A DNA stretch of 63,048 nt from Nanobdellota archaeon (lineage in GTDB: Archaea > Nanobdellota > Nanobdellia > Pacearchaeales > GW2011-AR1), in contig JAHITZ010000042.1 of assembly GCA_018817405.1 (NCBI GenBank), forward strand, positions 1-63,048. The letters are read 5' to 3'. This document shows, one piece after another, positions 46,839 to 57,316 of this stretch; within the stretch, counting starts at the first letter, position 1; each line of letters opens with the position of its first letter. The translations under genes were made by a program, and so were the position numbers. The notes under the pieces are model-generated. The model was not told the DNA's origin and made no database searches. It saw only the letters and a list, made by a program, of their open reading frames with translations.

Positions 46839-47987
46839 TCAATTTATTAATTCTTCAAAAACTTTGCTGTATTTTATGCCGACGTTTTTCCAGGTCATTT
46901 GTCTTGTGAATTCATAGTTGTTCATTTCAAGAAATCTTCTTTGTTCAGAGTTTGACAGCATGGAAATTATTGCTTCTGTAAATTCCTCTGGTTTATCGTA
47001 ATCGACGATTAATCCGTTTTTTTCTTTGATAATATCCATTGCGTGTGGGAATGGTGTTGATATGACTGCACGACCGCAACCCATCGCATAAACCAAGGTT
47101 CCTGAAGTTATTTGCTCTGGGTTTTGTGATGTGGACATGTAAATATCTGAAGCCTTTAGATAATTTATTATTTTTTCAGTTGGGACATATTTGTTGTGAA
47201 AAGCGACGTTGTTTTCTAAACCTAAATTTTTTATTTTTTTAATTAATGAATCTCTATAAGTTTCACCTTCTTCTTCCATAACTCCTGGATGTGTTGCTCC
47301 GACAATTAAGTACAGGGCATTTGGAAATCTCCTTACAACTTCTGGAAGAGAGTCGATAACATATTCGTATCCTTTCCCGGGGCCGACCATTCCGAATGAA
47401 GACAAAACTAATTTGTCTGAAAGGTTTAGTTTGTTTTTGTATGAAAATTGTGATTCAAAATTCACCTCTGGAATTCCGTGGTGGATTATTGAGATTGGAG
47501 TTTCAACTTGATATTCTTGGCGAAGAATTTCAACAGCTTTGTCTGTCATGACAACAATGTTCTTGACTCGCTTTGATATTGCTATTACTAATTTTTTAAT
47601 TTCATCGTGTGGAGTTGGGAAGACAGAGTGAAAAGTTATGATTGCTGGTTTTTTCAAGTGATCTAGAAAAGGAAGAGGATGGCAGGATTGTTCTCCGCAG
47701 AAAAGTCCGAACTCGTGCTGGATGCAGACGGCTTTTACTGATTCGTTGCTGTTGATATGATTTGCAATCTTTATGTATTGATCATAATCGTACGCCTTTA
47801 ATTTGTAGAGGACTTTGTCTGAATATTCATATGTATTTGAAGGGTCGTTGAGAGCGAGAATTTTTGTTTGGAATTTTTGAGACGTGTCTATTGCGTTTGT
47901 CAAGTCTCTCGTGAATGTGGCTATGCCGCACTGCCTAGGAGGATAAGATGACATGAACAAAGCTATTGGAAGATTATCACTATTCAT
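46839..47987 (-). CDS. Glycosyltransferase family 4
   Basis: SYPPRQCGIATFT, IQHEFGLF, GKGYEY and QITSGTLVYAMGCG. Confidence 0.93.
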   Translation of the reverse strand: MNSDNLPIALFMSSYPPRQCGIATFTRDLTNAIDTSQKFQTKILALNDPSNTYEYSDKVLYKLKAYDYDQYIKIANHINSNESVKAVCIQHEFGLFCGEQSCHPLPFLDHLKKPAIITFHSVFPTPHDEIKKLVIAISKRVKNIVVMTDKAVEILRQEYQVETPISIIHHGIPEVNFESQFSYKNKLNLSDKLVLSSFGMVGPGKGYEYVIDSLPEVVRRFPNALYLIVGATHPGVMEEEGETYRDSLIKKIKNLGLENNVAFHNKYVPTEKIINYLKASDIYMSTSQNPEQITSGTLVYAMGCGRAVISTPFPHAMDIIKEKNGLIVDYDKPEEFTEAIISMLSNSEQRRFLEMNNYEFTRQMTWKNVGIKYSKVFEELIN

Positions 47988-48063
47988 AGAGAAGTATTTA
48001 TTAAATTGAAGTTAAAAACATTTAGATATAAAATTATATAAACTAAATCCTATTTTTAGAAAG

Positions 48064-48768
48064 ATGAAAAAGACTAAGAAAAGAGGGATTGAAGTTTTAG
48101 TTTTTGCTAAAGAGAAAGAAGTAGCGGAAGAAGTTGCTGGGCTGATTACTAAAGAGATTAGGAAGAAGTCTGGGTTGAGGTTGGGGCTTGCGACAGGAAA
48201 GACAATGATTCCTGTTTATAGGGAATTAGTAAAATTGTATAAAAAAAAGAAGGTTAATTTTTCTAAAGTTAAGATTTTTAGTCTGGATGAGTATGTTGGA
48301 ACTAATAAAATGAGGAATTATCTGGAAAAGAATTTTTTTAGCAAGGTTAATGTTTCAAGAAGCAATATTAATTTGCTCGACGGGAAAGCAAGAAATTTGA
48401 ATTTAGAATGTAAAAGATATGAAAAGGATATTGGAAGATTGGATTTGCAAATTTTAGGAATTGGAAGAAATGGACATATTGGTTTTAATGAACCTGGTTC
48501 TGGGTTTAGAAGTAATACCAGAAAAATTAAACTGGAGAGGGCGACTTTAAAAGATAAAGGAAAATTTCCTGAATTTGCATTAACAATTGGTATTGGAACA
48601 ATTCTTAGAGCAAATAAAATTTTACTAGTTGGATTTGGAAAGAGTAAATCTGAAACAATTAGTTCCGCTTTGGACAAGATGTCTAAGAAGATTCCGGCAA
48701 GTGCATTGCAAAGACGGAAAAATGTTTTGTTTGTTTTAGACAAACAAGCTGGAAAAAATTTGAAATGA
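48064..48768 (+). CDS. nagB: Glucosamine-6-phosphate deaminase
   Basis: LGLATGKT, FSLDEYVG and LGIGRNGHIGFNEPG. Confidence 0.94.
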   Translation: MKKTKKRGIEVLVFAKEKEVAEEVAGLITKEIRKKSGLRLGLATGKTMIPVYRELVKLYKKKKVNFSKVKIFSLDEYVGTNKMRNYLEKNFFSKVNVSRSNINLLDGKARNLNLECKRYEKDIGRLDLQILGIGRNGHIGFNEPGSGFRSNTRKIKLERATLKDKGKFPEFALTIGIGTILRANKILLVGFGKSKSETISSALDKMSKKIPASALQRRKNVLFVLDKQAGKNLK

Positions 48769-49376
48769 AAAAAAAGATTGAAGCTATTTGTATTGTTGCA
48801 CATCCTGACGATGAAACAATTTGGATGGGCGGGATTATTTTGAAAAATCCAGACTGGGAATGGACAATTTTGTGTTTGTCTAGGAAAAATGACAAAGACA
48901 GAGCTCCAAAGTTTAGAAAAGTTTGTGAGTTGTATGGAGTGAAAGGAATTATCTCTGACTTGGATGATGAGAAGCTGGAACCATTAAATGTTGAGAAAGT
49001 TGCTAAGAAGATTAAAGATAATCTTCCAAAGAAAAAGTTTGAGTATATCTTCACGCATGGAAAGAATGGAGAGTATGGGCACTTAAGACATAAAGAAATC
49101 CACGAAGCTGTTTTGCATTTAATTTTTAAAAATGAATTAATTGGGGAGAAAGTTTACTTTTTTTCTTATCTCCCTGGAAGTGTTGAGTGGAAAGATTCTG
49201 GATTGAAAATTCCAATTTCAAATCCAAATCCAGACTGGAGAGTTTTTTTGGATGATGAAACGCTGCAGAGAAAGATTGAAATAGTAGTTTCTACTTATGA
49301 TTTTGGGTCAGAGAGCTTTGAAGCTTTGAGTTGTGCAAGTAGAGAAGCTTTTGACTTAAAAAAAGAGGAGAAATGA
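48765..49376 (+). CDS. PIG-L family N-acetylglucosaminyl deacetylase
   Basis: VAHPDDE and THG.NGEYGHLRH. Confidence 0.92.
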   Translation: MKKKIEAICIVAHPDDETIWMGGIILKNPDWEWTILCLSRKNDKDRAPKFRKVCELYGVKGIISDLDDEKLEPLNVEKVAKKIKDNLPKKKFEYIFTHGKNGEYGHLRHKEIHEAVLHLIFKNELIGEKVYFFSYLPGSVEWKDSGLKIPISNPNPDWRVFLDDETLQRKIEIVVSTYDFGSESFEALSCASREAFDLKKEEK

Positions 49377-50596
49377 AATCAATTGTATTATATCCGTATC
49401 CTGTTGAGTACGACGGGCAGAGTCTGCAAGGGCATTATTTGATGAGAGGTTTAAAAGAAATTGGAGATGAATCTGTTCCGATTAACAAGGAAGATAATGA
49501 AAAGAAAGAATTGTCTTATAATAAATTTAAGCCTGATGTTGTTTTTGGGATTGGTTATTGGGGTGATGTGCCTAATCTTGTTCAGCATCCGTTGAAGCAT
49601 GGGATGAAGCCTGTTCCTTGGGTCAATGCAGATGGATGGGTTGCGAATTATCAGGATGAATTAAATAAGTTGCCTTTGATTTTAGCGACGAGTAATTGGG
49701 TGAAAGCGACATATATAAGAGATGGCGTGAAAGGAGATAACATCAAGGTTGCTCCGATTGGGTATGATCACGAGATATTTTACCCAAGAGACAAGAACGA
49801 CAAAGAAGTTAAGAAAGTTAGGAAAGAGCTTAGAATAAACGATGACGAAATCATGATTCTTACTGCTGGCGGAGATGTTACAAGCAAGGGAGCACAGGAA
49901 ATTTTGAAAGCGTTGAACAAGATTAAAGATAAAATTCCAAAATGGAAATATGTTTGCAAGATTTGGCCGAGTCCGTCTGCGAGAATTTGGTGGAAGATGG
50001 AAAGAGAATTAATAACAATATTTGGTTTTGAAGACAAAGTTGTTTATAGCAAGAAGAAACTTTCTCCAGAAAAGATGGGTTTGTTGTTGAATGCTTGTGA
50101 CATTTATGCTGCACCTTCGCGATTAGAGGGTTTCGGAATGATTCAGTTAGAAGCTCAAGCTTGCGGCAAGCCGGTTGTTTCGATAAATACCGGGGGGCCG
50201 CAAGATACTGTCTCGCATGGAAAGACAGGATTTTTAGCTGATGTGAATTATGAAGTAAAGTTAAACAGCGAATGGGTTTATCCAAAAATGGGTTTTGAGA
50301 AAAGACATAAGGTTAAATTTCCAGAGCCAAAGACTTTTGCTTACCGGGCGAATGTTAATCAATTAGCAGATTATTTGCTGATGTTGATGAAGGATAATAA
50401 ATTGAGAGAAAAGATGGGAAAGAACGCTGCAAAGCACGCTTTCAATAATTTTAATTATATTGTTTCTGCAAAGCACATTTCTAATTTAATTAAGAAGTAT
50501 GTTTTGAAGCAAGAACCTACGGCAATTATTCAATTCGCTAAACATCTTGAGAAGATATCACAAGAGGAGTATTGTGTTCCTGGTTTGAAAGTTTAA
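49373..50596 (+). CDS. Glycosyltransferase family 4
   Basis: PSRLEGFGMIQLEAQACGKPVV. Confidence 0.93.
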   Translation: MKSIVLYPYPVEYDGQSLQGHYLMRGLKEIGDESVPINKEDNEKKELSYNKFKPDVVFGIGYWGDVPNLVQHPLKHGMKPVPWVNADGWVANYQDELNKLPLILATSNWVKATYIRDGVKGDNIKVAPIGYDHEIFYPRDKNDKEVKKVRKELRINDDEIMILTAGGDVTSKGAQEILKALNKIKDKIPKWKYVCKIWPSPSARIWWKMERELITIFGFEDKVVYSKKKLSPEKMGLLLNACDIYAAPSRLEGFGMIQLEAQACGKPVVSINTGGPQDTVSHGKTGFLADVNYEVKLNSEWVYPKMGFEKRHKVKFPEPKTFAYRANVNQLADYLLMLMKDNKLREKMGKNAAKHAFNNFNYIVSAKHISNLIKKYVLKQEPTAIIQFAKHLEKISQEEYCVPGLKV

Positions 50597-51738
50597 ATCA
50601 AAACTTTCTTCTTCTTCAAACTTTCATAAGCCGCAAGATACATACCTGCGTTCCAGGCTTGGCCGCCGCCAACGCTCGGTTTTCCTGTTTTTCCATGAAG
50701 CCATTCGCTGAAGTTTCCTTTTAGTTTCATGTTTGCCTCTGCTAATTTTCTTAATTGTTTTCTTGCTTCTTCAAACTTTTTGTATTTTATTAACGCTAAA
50801 ATATAAAATCCTCCGACATAGGGCCAGATTCCTGCGTTGAGGTAATGGAAAGGAGTTCCTGCTTCGCAATCTAAGAAATAATCCTGCCAGTCTTTACTTC
50901 CTCTTTTTATTGGGGGATATATCGCTTTTACTGGGTAGGGCTTGTCTATTTTTTTTCTTTTTATATGTGATAATATTTTTTCTGCTTGGTGTTTGTCTGC
51001 GAGATCGAAAAGAATTGCTAAGATATTTCCTAAGGAATCAAACCATTCGCCTTTTTCTGTGTATTTTCCGTGGTCTTTCCAGCGCCAGGGAAGATAAAAC
51101 GTTCCTGTCCAGAGGCCTCTTCCGTATTTGTCGTTGACTTTGCTTTTGATGCTTTGCGCTCTGTCTTTTTTTCCGATTAATATAAGGACTTTGTAGTAAA
51201 GAGCTTGGCTGTTTATTGTGTGACCGTATCTATGTGGGAAAGCGTCTTGCCAATCTGTCGTCGGCAATTGTTCTAACAATTCGTCTTCAGCCCAATCTCT
51301 GTAGTAAGTCCAGTTTACGGCTTTGTCTAAGTGTGGTTTTAGACGATTGAATAATTCTTCGTCTTTGTAACGTTTTTTGTAGGCGTAGCATCCGATGATA
51401 AACCACATTGAGGAATCGATTGACATAAAATCTACATGGTGTTTTCTTTTGCTGAACTTATCAATTGCATTTGGAATTTGTCCTTTTTCAGATTGATTGT
51501 TTGCCAAAGTTAAAAGAGAGTTTTTGAATTCATGCTTGAATTTTGTTCTGGCTAAACTTGCTCCGAGGGAAGTGATTACGCTGTCTCTTGCCCAAACAGC
51601 GTCGTAGCCAGGGTAGGCTGCGTGAAAACCTTCAGGATATGAACATTTATCCAGGACTTCAACAGCTTTAATATATGCCTCTTTTGTTATATTCATATTT
51701 GTAACAAGAGTTGCAAGTATTAAAACATTTTTATTCAT
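50593..51738 (-). CDS. (alpha/alpha)6 glycoside hydrolase, GH100 neutral invertase-like (probable start 51696)
   Basis: YDAVWARD, IDSSMWF, DWQD, YLNAGIWP, FSEWLHG and QAWNAG. Confidence 0.85.
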   Translation of the reverse strand: MNKNVLILATLVTNMNITKEAYIKAVEVLDKCSYPEGFHAAYPGYDAVWARDSVITSLGASLARTKFKHEFKNSLLTLANNQSEKGQIPNAIDKFSKRKHHVDFMSIDSSMWFIIGCYAYKKRYKDEELFNRLKPHLDKAVNWTYYRDWAEDELLEQLPTTDWQDAFPHRYGHTINSQALYYKVLILIGKKDRAQSIKSKVNDKYGRGLWTGTFYLPWRWKDHGKYTEKGEWFDSLGNILAILFDLADKHQAEKILSHIKRKKIDKPYPVKAIYPPIKRGSKDWQDYFLDCEAGTPFHYLNAGIWPYVGGFYILALIKYKKFEEARKQLRKLAEANMKLKGNFSEWLHGKTGKPSVGGGQAWNAGMYLAAYESLKKKKVLI

Positions 51739-51775
51739 ACCTCAACGCATCTTCCTCGCCTAGTTTCTTCCCGGC

Positions 51776-52990
51776 TTATTCGTAACGTAACGCATCAACA
51801 GGCTTGATTTTTGTTGCTCTCCATGCAGGCCACAATCCTGAAACAGAGCCTACAAGAAATGCGAATGCCAAGCAGGCGAAGATTAAATAGTAAGGAAATA
51901 TAACTTTTAATAATCCTCCTGCTGCAAGTTGGTTAACTGCGACGTATTCTATTGCTTTTGCTATTCCCATTCCGGCGGCAACTCCTAATATTCCTCCAAC
52001 AAGACCGAGAAGACCTGCTTCGATTAAGAAGATTGTTAAGATGTCTTTGTTTTGCGCTCCGATGGCTTTCATTACTCCGATTTCTTTTGTTCTTTCTAAG
52101 ACAGAAGTGAACATTGCATTTGCAATATTTACTCCTCCGACGATTAGGGAGATTGATGCAATTCCGAATAAAAAGAAAGTTACAATGCTAAGAACTGTTC
52201 CAAAAATTGCTAAAAGTTCTTCTGGTGTGAGGATTGTAAAGTCTAATGTGTCTTCATCTACGTCACGGGCTCGCATTAGTTTTTTTTCAACGCGGTCTGC
52301 AACGTTGTTTAGTTCATTTTGGTCTGAAACTTGGACTACAATATAATCTACTCTTTCAGGGATGTTAAATAGTTCTCTAAAGTCTTCGTTTGCCATGTAA
52401 ATTTGTTGGTCATCGGGAGGAGAGCCGATTGGTTCTACAATCCCCACTAGTTCAAACTCTACGTCGTTGACAAGCATTTTGTCGCCTAAGCCCATTGGTT
52501 TGCCCATATAGTCATTGTATTTGTATTGCGCTCCAACCATGATTTTGTTTTTGCCAGCGTCTGAGTTTTTTAAGAAACGGCCTTCATCTAAACCGTAAGA
52601 ACCAAAGGCAATGTCCATTCCGTCTGGTTCTACTCCTATCATCATTTTGAATTTTATTGTGTCTTTGAATTCTATTTTCGCGTTTCCCATTATGTAGTAA
52701 GTTACTTCTTCAACGCCTGAGACTTTTTCAACAACTTCTATGTCCTCTTCTGTTAGAGTGGCTGCTGTTGCTGCTCCGGGTGGGCCGAATTGTCCTCGGG
52801 GTTGTATGAAGAATTTATCTGACCCCATGGTTTCAAATTGCTCTTTGATTGTTGCTTGTAAACCAAGAGATAAAGAAACTAAAACGAAAATTGTTGCGAT
52901 GGAGATTAAAATTCCGACTAGAGTCAGGAAAGACCTTAGTTTTCTTTTCCTAATGTTCTTGAATGCTATGTTTAGGTAGTCGGATATCAT
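51776..52990 (-). CDS. ABC transporter permease, MacB/FtsX family
   Basis: RKLRSFLTLVGI, SVLERTKEIGVMKAIGA and PVDALRYE. Confidence 0.94.
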   Translation of the reverse strand: MISDYLNIAFKNIRKRKLRSFLTLVGILISIATIFVLVSLSLGLQATIKEQFETMGSDKFFIQPRGQFGPPGAATAATLTEEDIEVVEKVSGVEEVTYYIMGNAKIEFKDTIKFKMMIGVEPDGMDIAFGSYGLDEGRFLKNSDAGKNKIMVGAQYKYNDYMGKPMGLGDKMLVNDVEFELVGIVEPIGSPPDDQQIYMANEDFRELFNIPERVDYIVVQVSDQNELNNVADRVEKKLMRARDVDEDTLDFTILTPEELLAIFGTVLSIVTFFLFGIASISLIVGGVNIANAMFTSVLERTKEIGVMKAIGAQNKDILTIFLIEAGLLGLVGGILGVAAGMGIAKAIEYVAVNQLAAGGLLKVIFPYYLIFACLAFAFLVGSVSGLWPAWRATKIKPVDALRYE

Positions 52991-53362
52991 TTAGAGATTC
53001 TCCAGCGTGTATTTAGGATCATAAATGGGAGGCTTATTGTTACCAATAGCAGAAATTTGTATTTCTGCAACCTCTCTTACTCTTTCTCTATATCTTCTAT
53101 TTTCAAGTAGTTTGAAACATCCTACTAAAAATGAGCCCACAATGAACACGCCTGCTGCTCTTGCAAAATCAGCAAATATTTCATGAGAATCTATAATATA
53201 ATTACTTGCCATTACAGATAATGCGAAGGGACCGTAAAGGGCACGAACCCGATCAAAATTTCTTTCTGTTCTTGCATGTTCTATTGGAATCTCAGTAGTC
53301 CTTTCTTGAGGAACTTCTCTTGTTGTTACTAAATCGTTTCTGAATTTTTTTATATCAATCAT
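52991..53362 (-). CDS. Hypothetical 2-TM protein inserted between the permease genes
   Basis: ATGA overlap with the upstream permease stop; its own stop abuts the next ATG. Confidence 0.6.
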   Translation of the reverse strand: MIDIKKFRNDLVTTREVPQERTTEIPIEHARTERNFDRVRALYGPFALSVMASNYIIDSHEIFADFARAAGVFIVGSFLVGCFKLLENRRYRERVREVAEIQISAIGNNKPPIYDPKYTLENL

Positions 53363-54579
53363 TTTCTTAAAGCATCCACTGGATTTAGTTTGGAAGCTTG
53401 GTAGGCGGGGACGATTCCTGAGAGAACGCCGATTAATAATGAGAATGATAGGGAACCGACTAGAAGTGGAATTGAAGGGGCGACCTGGAATAGGGATTCC
53501 CCGAGAGCTGAGTTTGCTGCGCCTGCGACGCCGAGGGCCATGGCAAGGCCTATGAGCGCTCCGACTATTCCGCCAATAAGGCCGAGAAGACCTGCTTCAA
53601 TTATGAAAACTGCTAGAATATCTTTGTTTTGGGCGCCAATTGCTTTCATTACTCCTATTTCTCTTGTTCTTTCTAGAACAGAAGTAAACATTGTATTTGC
53701 AATCCCAATTCCTCCAACAAGAAGTGCTATGAGTGCTATGCCTGTGACGACGATGTTTATTACGCTTACAATCGTGCCAACTGTTTCAACGCTTTGACTA
53801 GGTGTCTGGACTTCGAAGTCTTCTTCACCAAGTTTTTGGTCACGATCTTTTCTAAGTTTTCTTTCTATTTCATTTGCAACTTCTTCTATGTCTGCGTCAT
53901 CTTCAACTTTAACAATTATGAAATCTATTTTATCATTCTGGATTTCAAAGATATCTTTCATGTCGTCGTCTAGCATTAATATTGCTCCATTAAGCATGAA
54001 TGTGCTGGAGCGTTCTAGAATTCCTATTACTTCGAAATCTTTTCCTTGGACGTCAATCCGAGAACCGAGCTTTATTTTTTTTCCGTAAGCATCGTTCTTA
54101 ACAAAATCATCTCCTATTGCGATTTTTCCTCTGTCTGTGGCTTTTACAAGTTTTCCCTGGGCTGCTTTCATATTAACAGATTTGTAAAGTTCTTCGAGCA
54201 TTTCATTGTTGTGAGGACCGCTTGCGACATAAGAAAAACCGAGAATATCATTGTATGTTACTTTTCCAGCGCGAAGATATCTTGGGATAGTCATTCTTAC
54301 TCCTGAAACTTTTTCTATGATATCTACATCTTGCTGGGTCATTGGTGTAACTGCAGTGCTTCCAGGAGGAGAGAAACCAGTGTCTGCCCCTTGGATTGTT
54401 AAAGTGTCTGTGGAGAGGGCTCCGAACTGTCCAGATATCGCGGTTTCTAATCCTTGACCTAAAGAGATTAGGGAGACAACTGCGGCAATGCCTATGAAGA
54501 CGCCGAGCATTGTTAGCCAGGAACGAATGCCTCTTTTTCGAACATTCTTGAATGCCAGAGCGAGATAGTCTGTAAGCAT
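53359..54579 (-). CDS. ABC transporter permease, MacB/FtsX family
   Basis: RSWLTMLGVFIGI, SVLERTREIGVMKAIGA and NPVDALR. Confidence 0.94.
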   Translation of the reverse strand: MLTDYLALAFKNVRKRGIRSWLTMLGVFIGIAAVVSLISLGQGLETAISGQFGALSTDTLTIQGADTGFSPPGSTAVTPMTQQDVDIIEKVSGVRMTIPRYLRAGKVTYNDILGFSYVASGPHNNEMLEELYKSVNMKAAQGKLVKATDRGKIAIGDDFVKNDAYGKKIKLGSRIDVQGKDFEVIGILERSSTFMLNGAILMLDDDMKDIFEIQNDKIDFIIVKVEDDADIEEVANEIERKLRKDRDQKLGEEDFEVQTPSQSVETVGTIVSVINIVVTGIALIALLVGGIGIANTMFTSVLERTREIGVMKAIGAQNKDILAVFIIEAGLLGLIGGIVGALIGLAMALGVAGAANSALGESLFQVAPSIPLLVGSLSFSLLIGVLSGIVPAYQASKLNPVDALRK

Positions 54580-54623
54580 GTTAATCAGAAACAATTAGGC
54601 CTTTTAGGTTTTTGCCTGGAGAG

Positions 54624-54950
54624 TTACCTCCTTTCGCTTTGGGGTTCTTCTGGTTCTGGAGCATTGAGTAATTCTAAGAGAAGGCTTTGAGATTCTCTGT
54701 CAAGAGGAAAGATGGTTTGTGATTCTCCAAGAGAGTCGTAGGAACCTCCAGGTATGCGAAGCATAGCTTTTTGTTTTATTTCTAAACCATCTGTAGCTCC
54801 TCCGAGTCTCCTTACCGCAAAAAGATAGTATGTCTGCTCATTAGGGTCTCCACCCAGTTTATCTTTCCATTGCTCAAGAGTGCCATTTCCACTATAAAGT
54901 GTGTTTGCATTGTGGCCTTTTATTACTAATTTTGATTTTTTGTCTGCCAT
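54624..54950 (-). CDS. Hypothetical protein within the ABC operon
   Basis: 108-aa ATG ORF starting 1 nt after the upstream stop. Confidence 0.6.
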   Translation of the reverse strand: MADKKSKLVIKGHNANTLYSGNGTLEQWKDKLGGDPNEQTYYLFAVRRLGGATDGLEIKQKAMLRIPGGSYDSLGESQTIFPLDRESQSLLLELLNAPEPEEPQSERR

Positions 54951-54951
54951 T

Positions 54952-55797
54952 TCATTCTCTCCTCCGGCTCTTCTTCGCTCTTCTTCGTTTTCTCCAAGAA
55001 CGCCAGATTATTATCAAGATGATTATGACGATTGCTGTGATGATGTATGTAGTTGTGTTGCTCTTTTGAATTAGGCCGAGTTCGATTGCTTTTTCTTCTG
55101 AATAAACGCGGAAAGGAAGATTTATAGTTTCTATTACTTTCTCATTGTTAAAATCTCTGTATTCTACAATTGTTTTAAGGTTTGAATTGAGTTTTTTGAA
55201 GATGACATCGAAAGAAGCTGTTTCAAAATCGTCTGATTCAACTTCGCCTATGTATTCTTCATTATCTGAAAGCAATGTAAAATCTTCTGGTAAAATTCTT
55301 ACTGAGACAAATCTTGCGTCGAAGAATCCTTTGTTGATTATTTTTAATGTTATTCCCCCCTGTCTGTTTTGAACAGGGTTGTCTGTGCTTACTGCAAAGA
55401 CCAAATCAGGGTTTGCTACGACTTTGACACCGATTGTTCCAGAGCGGGTTCTTTCGTCAGAATTGATTGCATAACTAATTGTGTAGGGAATTTCGTAATC
55501 TCCTGGCTCTATGTTTGTAGAGGCTTTGATTCTGAACACAAAATCTTCTTCGTCATCTTCTTCAATTTTGTCTATTGACTGTTCTGAAGTGCCGATTGGG
55601 ATGAACGGAAGGTTTTGGAAATTTAATATCAAAGAAACTTCTTCTGCGTCGTCGCTTAGGATGTTTTCTACCTCGATTCTTATCGTGCCTTCCTGCCCAG
55701 GAGCTAGAGGGGAAACGTCAACTGAGTTGAGAATTACTGCTGATGTAAGACTGAGGGAGAAGAGAAGGAGTAGGAGTATTGGGGTTGTTTTTTTCAT
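54952..55797 (-). CDS. COG1361-like S-layer-domain protein
   Basis: Signal peptide, PGDYEIP, YIGEVESDDFETA, C-terminal TM plus Arg tail; typical partner of MacB-type operons. Confidence 0.85.
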   Translation of the reverse strand: MKKTTPILLLLLFSLSLTSAVILNSVDVSPLAPGQEGTIRIEVENILSDDAEEVSLILNFQNLPFIPIGTSEQSIDKIEEDDEEDFVFRIKASTNIEPGDYEIPYTISYAINSDERTRSGTIGVKVVANPDLVFAVSTDNPVQNRQGGITLKIINKGFFDARFVSVRILPEDFTLLSDNEEYIGEVESDDFETASFDVIFKKLNSNLKTIVEYRDFNNEKVIETINLPFRVYSEEKAIELGLIQKSNTTTYIITAIVIIILIIIWRSWRKRRRAKKSRRRE

Positions 55798-55902
55798 TGT
55801 AGAAATTGATGTGGTGAGATGTTTAAAAGGTTTTTTGCTTATATTCATTGAGAAAGAGTGGTTAAATATGTTCTAGAAGGGTGTGAATAATCGCTAGGTT
55901 GT

Positions 55903-56249
55903 TTACTCTAACCAATCTCCACCAATTGACACGCCTCATTAATTTTATCGCTACTTATCTTATGAATCACCATTTCATTTAAATTTTTGTTTCCGTTTTT
56001 AAGAACAATCCAACTTGAAACCAAGTTTCATTCTCCAATCATTTCTATTATTTTTATTTTAAAATTCTTATATTTTGAATGACAATTTAGAATATTTGTT
56101 TTCACACTCTCTATGCCTCTGAGTTCTCCTCCCTTGCCTAAAGTATGAGCAACATATTTCTTAGAGATATATTCTGGAATTAGTTCTACCTTCTTATTGT
56201 TCCAAACATTTTCTATAAAATTTCTAATAATCTTATTATATTTTTCCAT
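55903..56249 (-). pseudogene. SnoaL/NTF2-like ester cyclase pseudogene
   Basis: NKIIRNFIENVWN...IIEMIGE, in-frame TGA at 56028-56030, then NLVSSW...HKISSDKINEA continues in frame; probable late frameshift. Confidence 0.75.
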
Positions 56250-56376
56250 TTAACTATATGAAGAAGTATCTTTTTATACCTGCTGTAGGACTAAACAACC
56301 ATCTGATTTTTTATTTCTGAATTTTATGTATTGAGAATGCAAATTGTTAGAGTAGTGGGTTATTTACTTAATGTCT

Positions 56377-57093
56377 TTATTTCCTAACCTTCGTCCACTT
56401 TCCCTTGATTTTCTTGGTGACCTTTTCTACCTTGCCATCCCGTAGCCAATAAATCTTTTTTGCATGCTTCATGGCGACATCTGGGTCGTGGGTCACCATA
56501 ATTACTGTTTCTCCTCTTTTATTGCATTTATCTAAAAACTGCATGACTATTTCGCCGGTTTTTGTGTCTAGGTTTCCTGTTGGCTCGTCTGCTAGTATTA
56601 CTTCTGGTTCGTTGGATAGTGCTCGTGCAATAGCAACTCTTTGTTGTTGGCCTCCAGAGAGTTGATTTGGGTAATGGTCCATTCTATCTTCTAAATCAAC
56701 CATCTCCAATAATTTTTCTGCTCTTTCTTCACGCTCCTCGCGATCAATATTCTGAAATAACATTGGAAGTATTACATTCTCCTTTGCAGTTAAGTTGGGA
56801 ATTAAGTTGAATGTTTGAAAAATAAAGCCGATTTTCTTACCTCGTATCTGGGCTAGCTCTGATTCTTCAAGATGTTCAATGTCTTTGTTGTCAAGATAAA
56901 TATCTCCATGGGTTGCTAAGTCTAAACTTCCAACTAGATTCATTGCTGTACTTTTCCCAGAACCAGAAGGTCCCATAATTGCGACAAAATCTCCTTTTTC
57001 AACTTTCAGAGAAATTCCATCAACAGCTTTCACTATGTTATCTCCCATTTCATAATATTTTTTTACAGCGTCTAACTCGATGAGGGTTGTCAT
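56377..57093 (-). CDS. ABC transporter ATP-binding protein (LolD/MacB-like)
   Basis: GPSGSGKS, LSGGQQQRV and ILADEPTGNLD. Confidence 0.96.
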   Translation of the reverse strand: MTTLIELDAVKKYYEMGDNIVKAVDGISLKVEKGDFVAIMGPSGSGKSTAMNLVGSLDLATHGDIYLDNKDIEHLEESELAQIRGKKIGFIFQTFNLIPNLTAKENVILPMLFQNIDREEREERAEKLLEMVDLEDRMDHYPNQLSGGQQQRVAIARALSNEPEVILADEPTGNLDTKTGEIVMQFLDKCNKRGETVIMVTHDPDVAMKHAKKIYWLRDGKVEKVTKKIKGKWTKVRK

Positions 57094-57316
57094 GTCTTTT
57101 TGGAGGAAGTGGAGGTTAAAAAGATTTGCGTATAAATCTGTAATGAGTTATCTAAAAATTAGTTAGCCTATTTTATCAGAAGGATACAACAAATAATAGC
57201 TTCAAGTGATATGGTTCTAGATAATATTATCAAATAATTTTTTAGGTTTGGAGGTGTGGGCAAGGAATTAAGCAATTTTGATGTTGTAACAAAAACTAAT
57301 TAAGTATATTTCCCTG

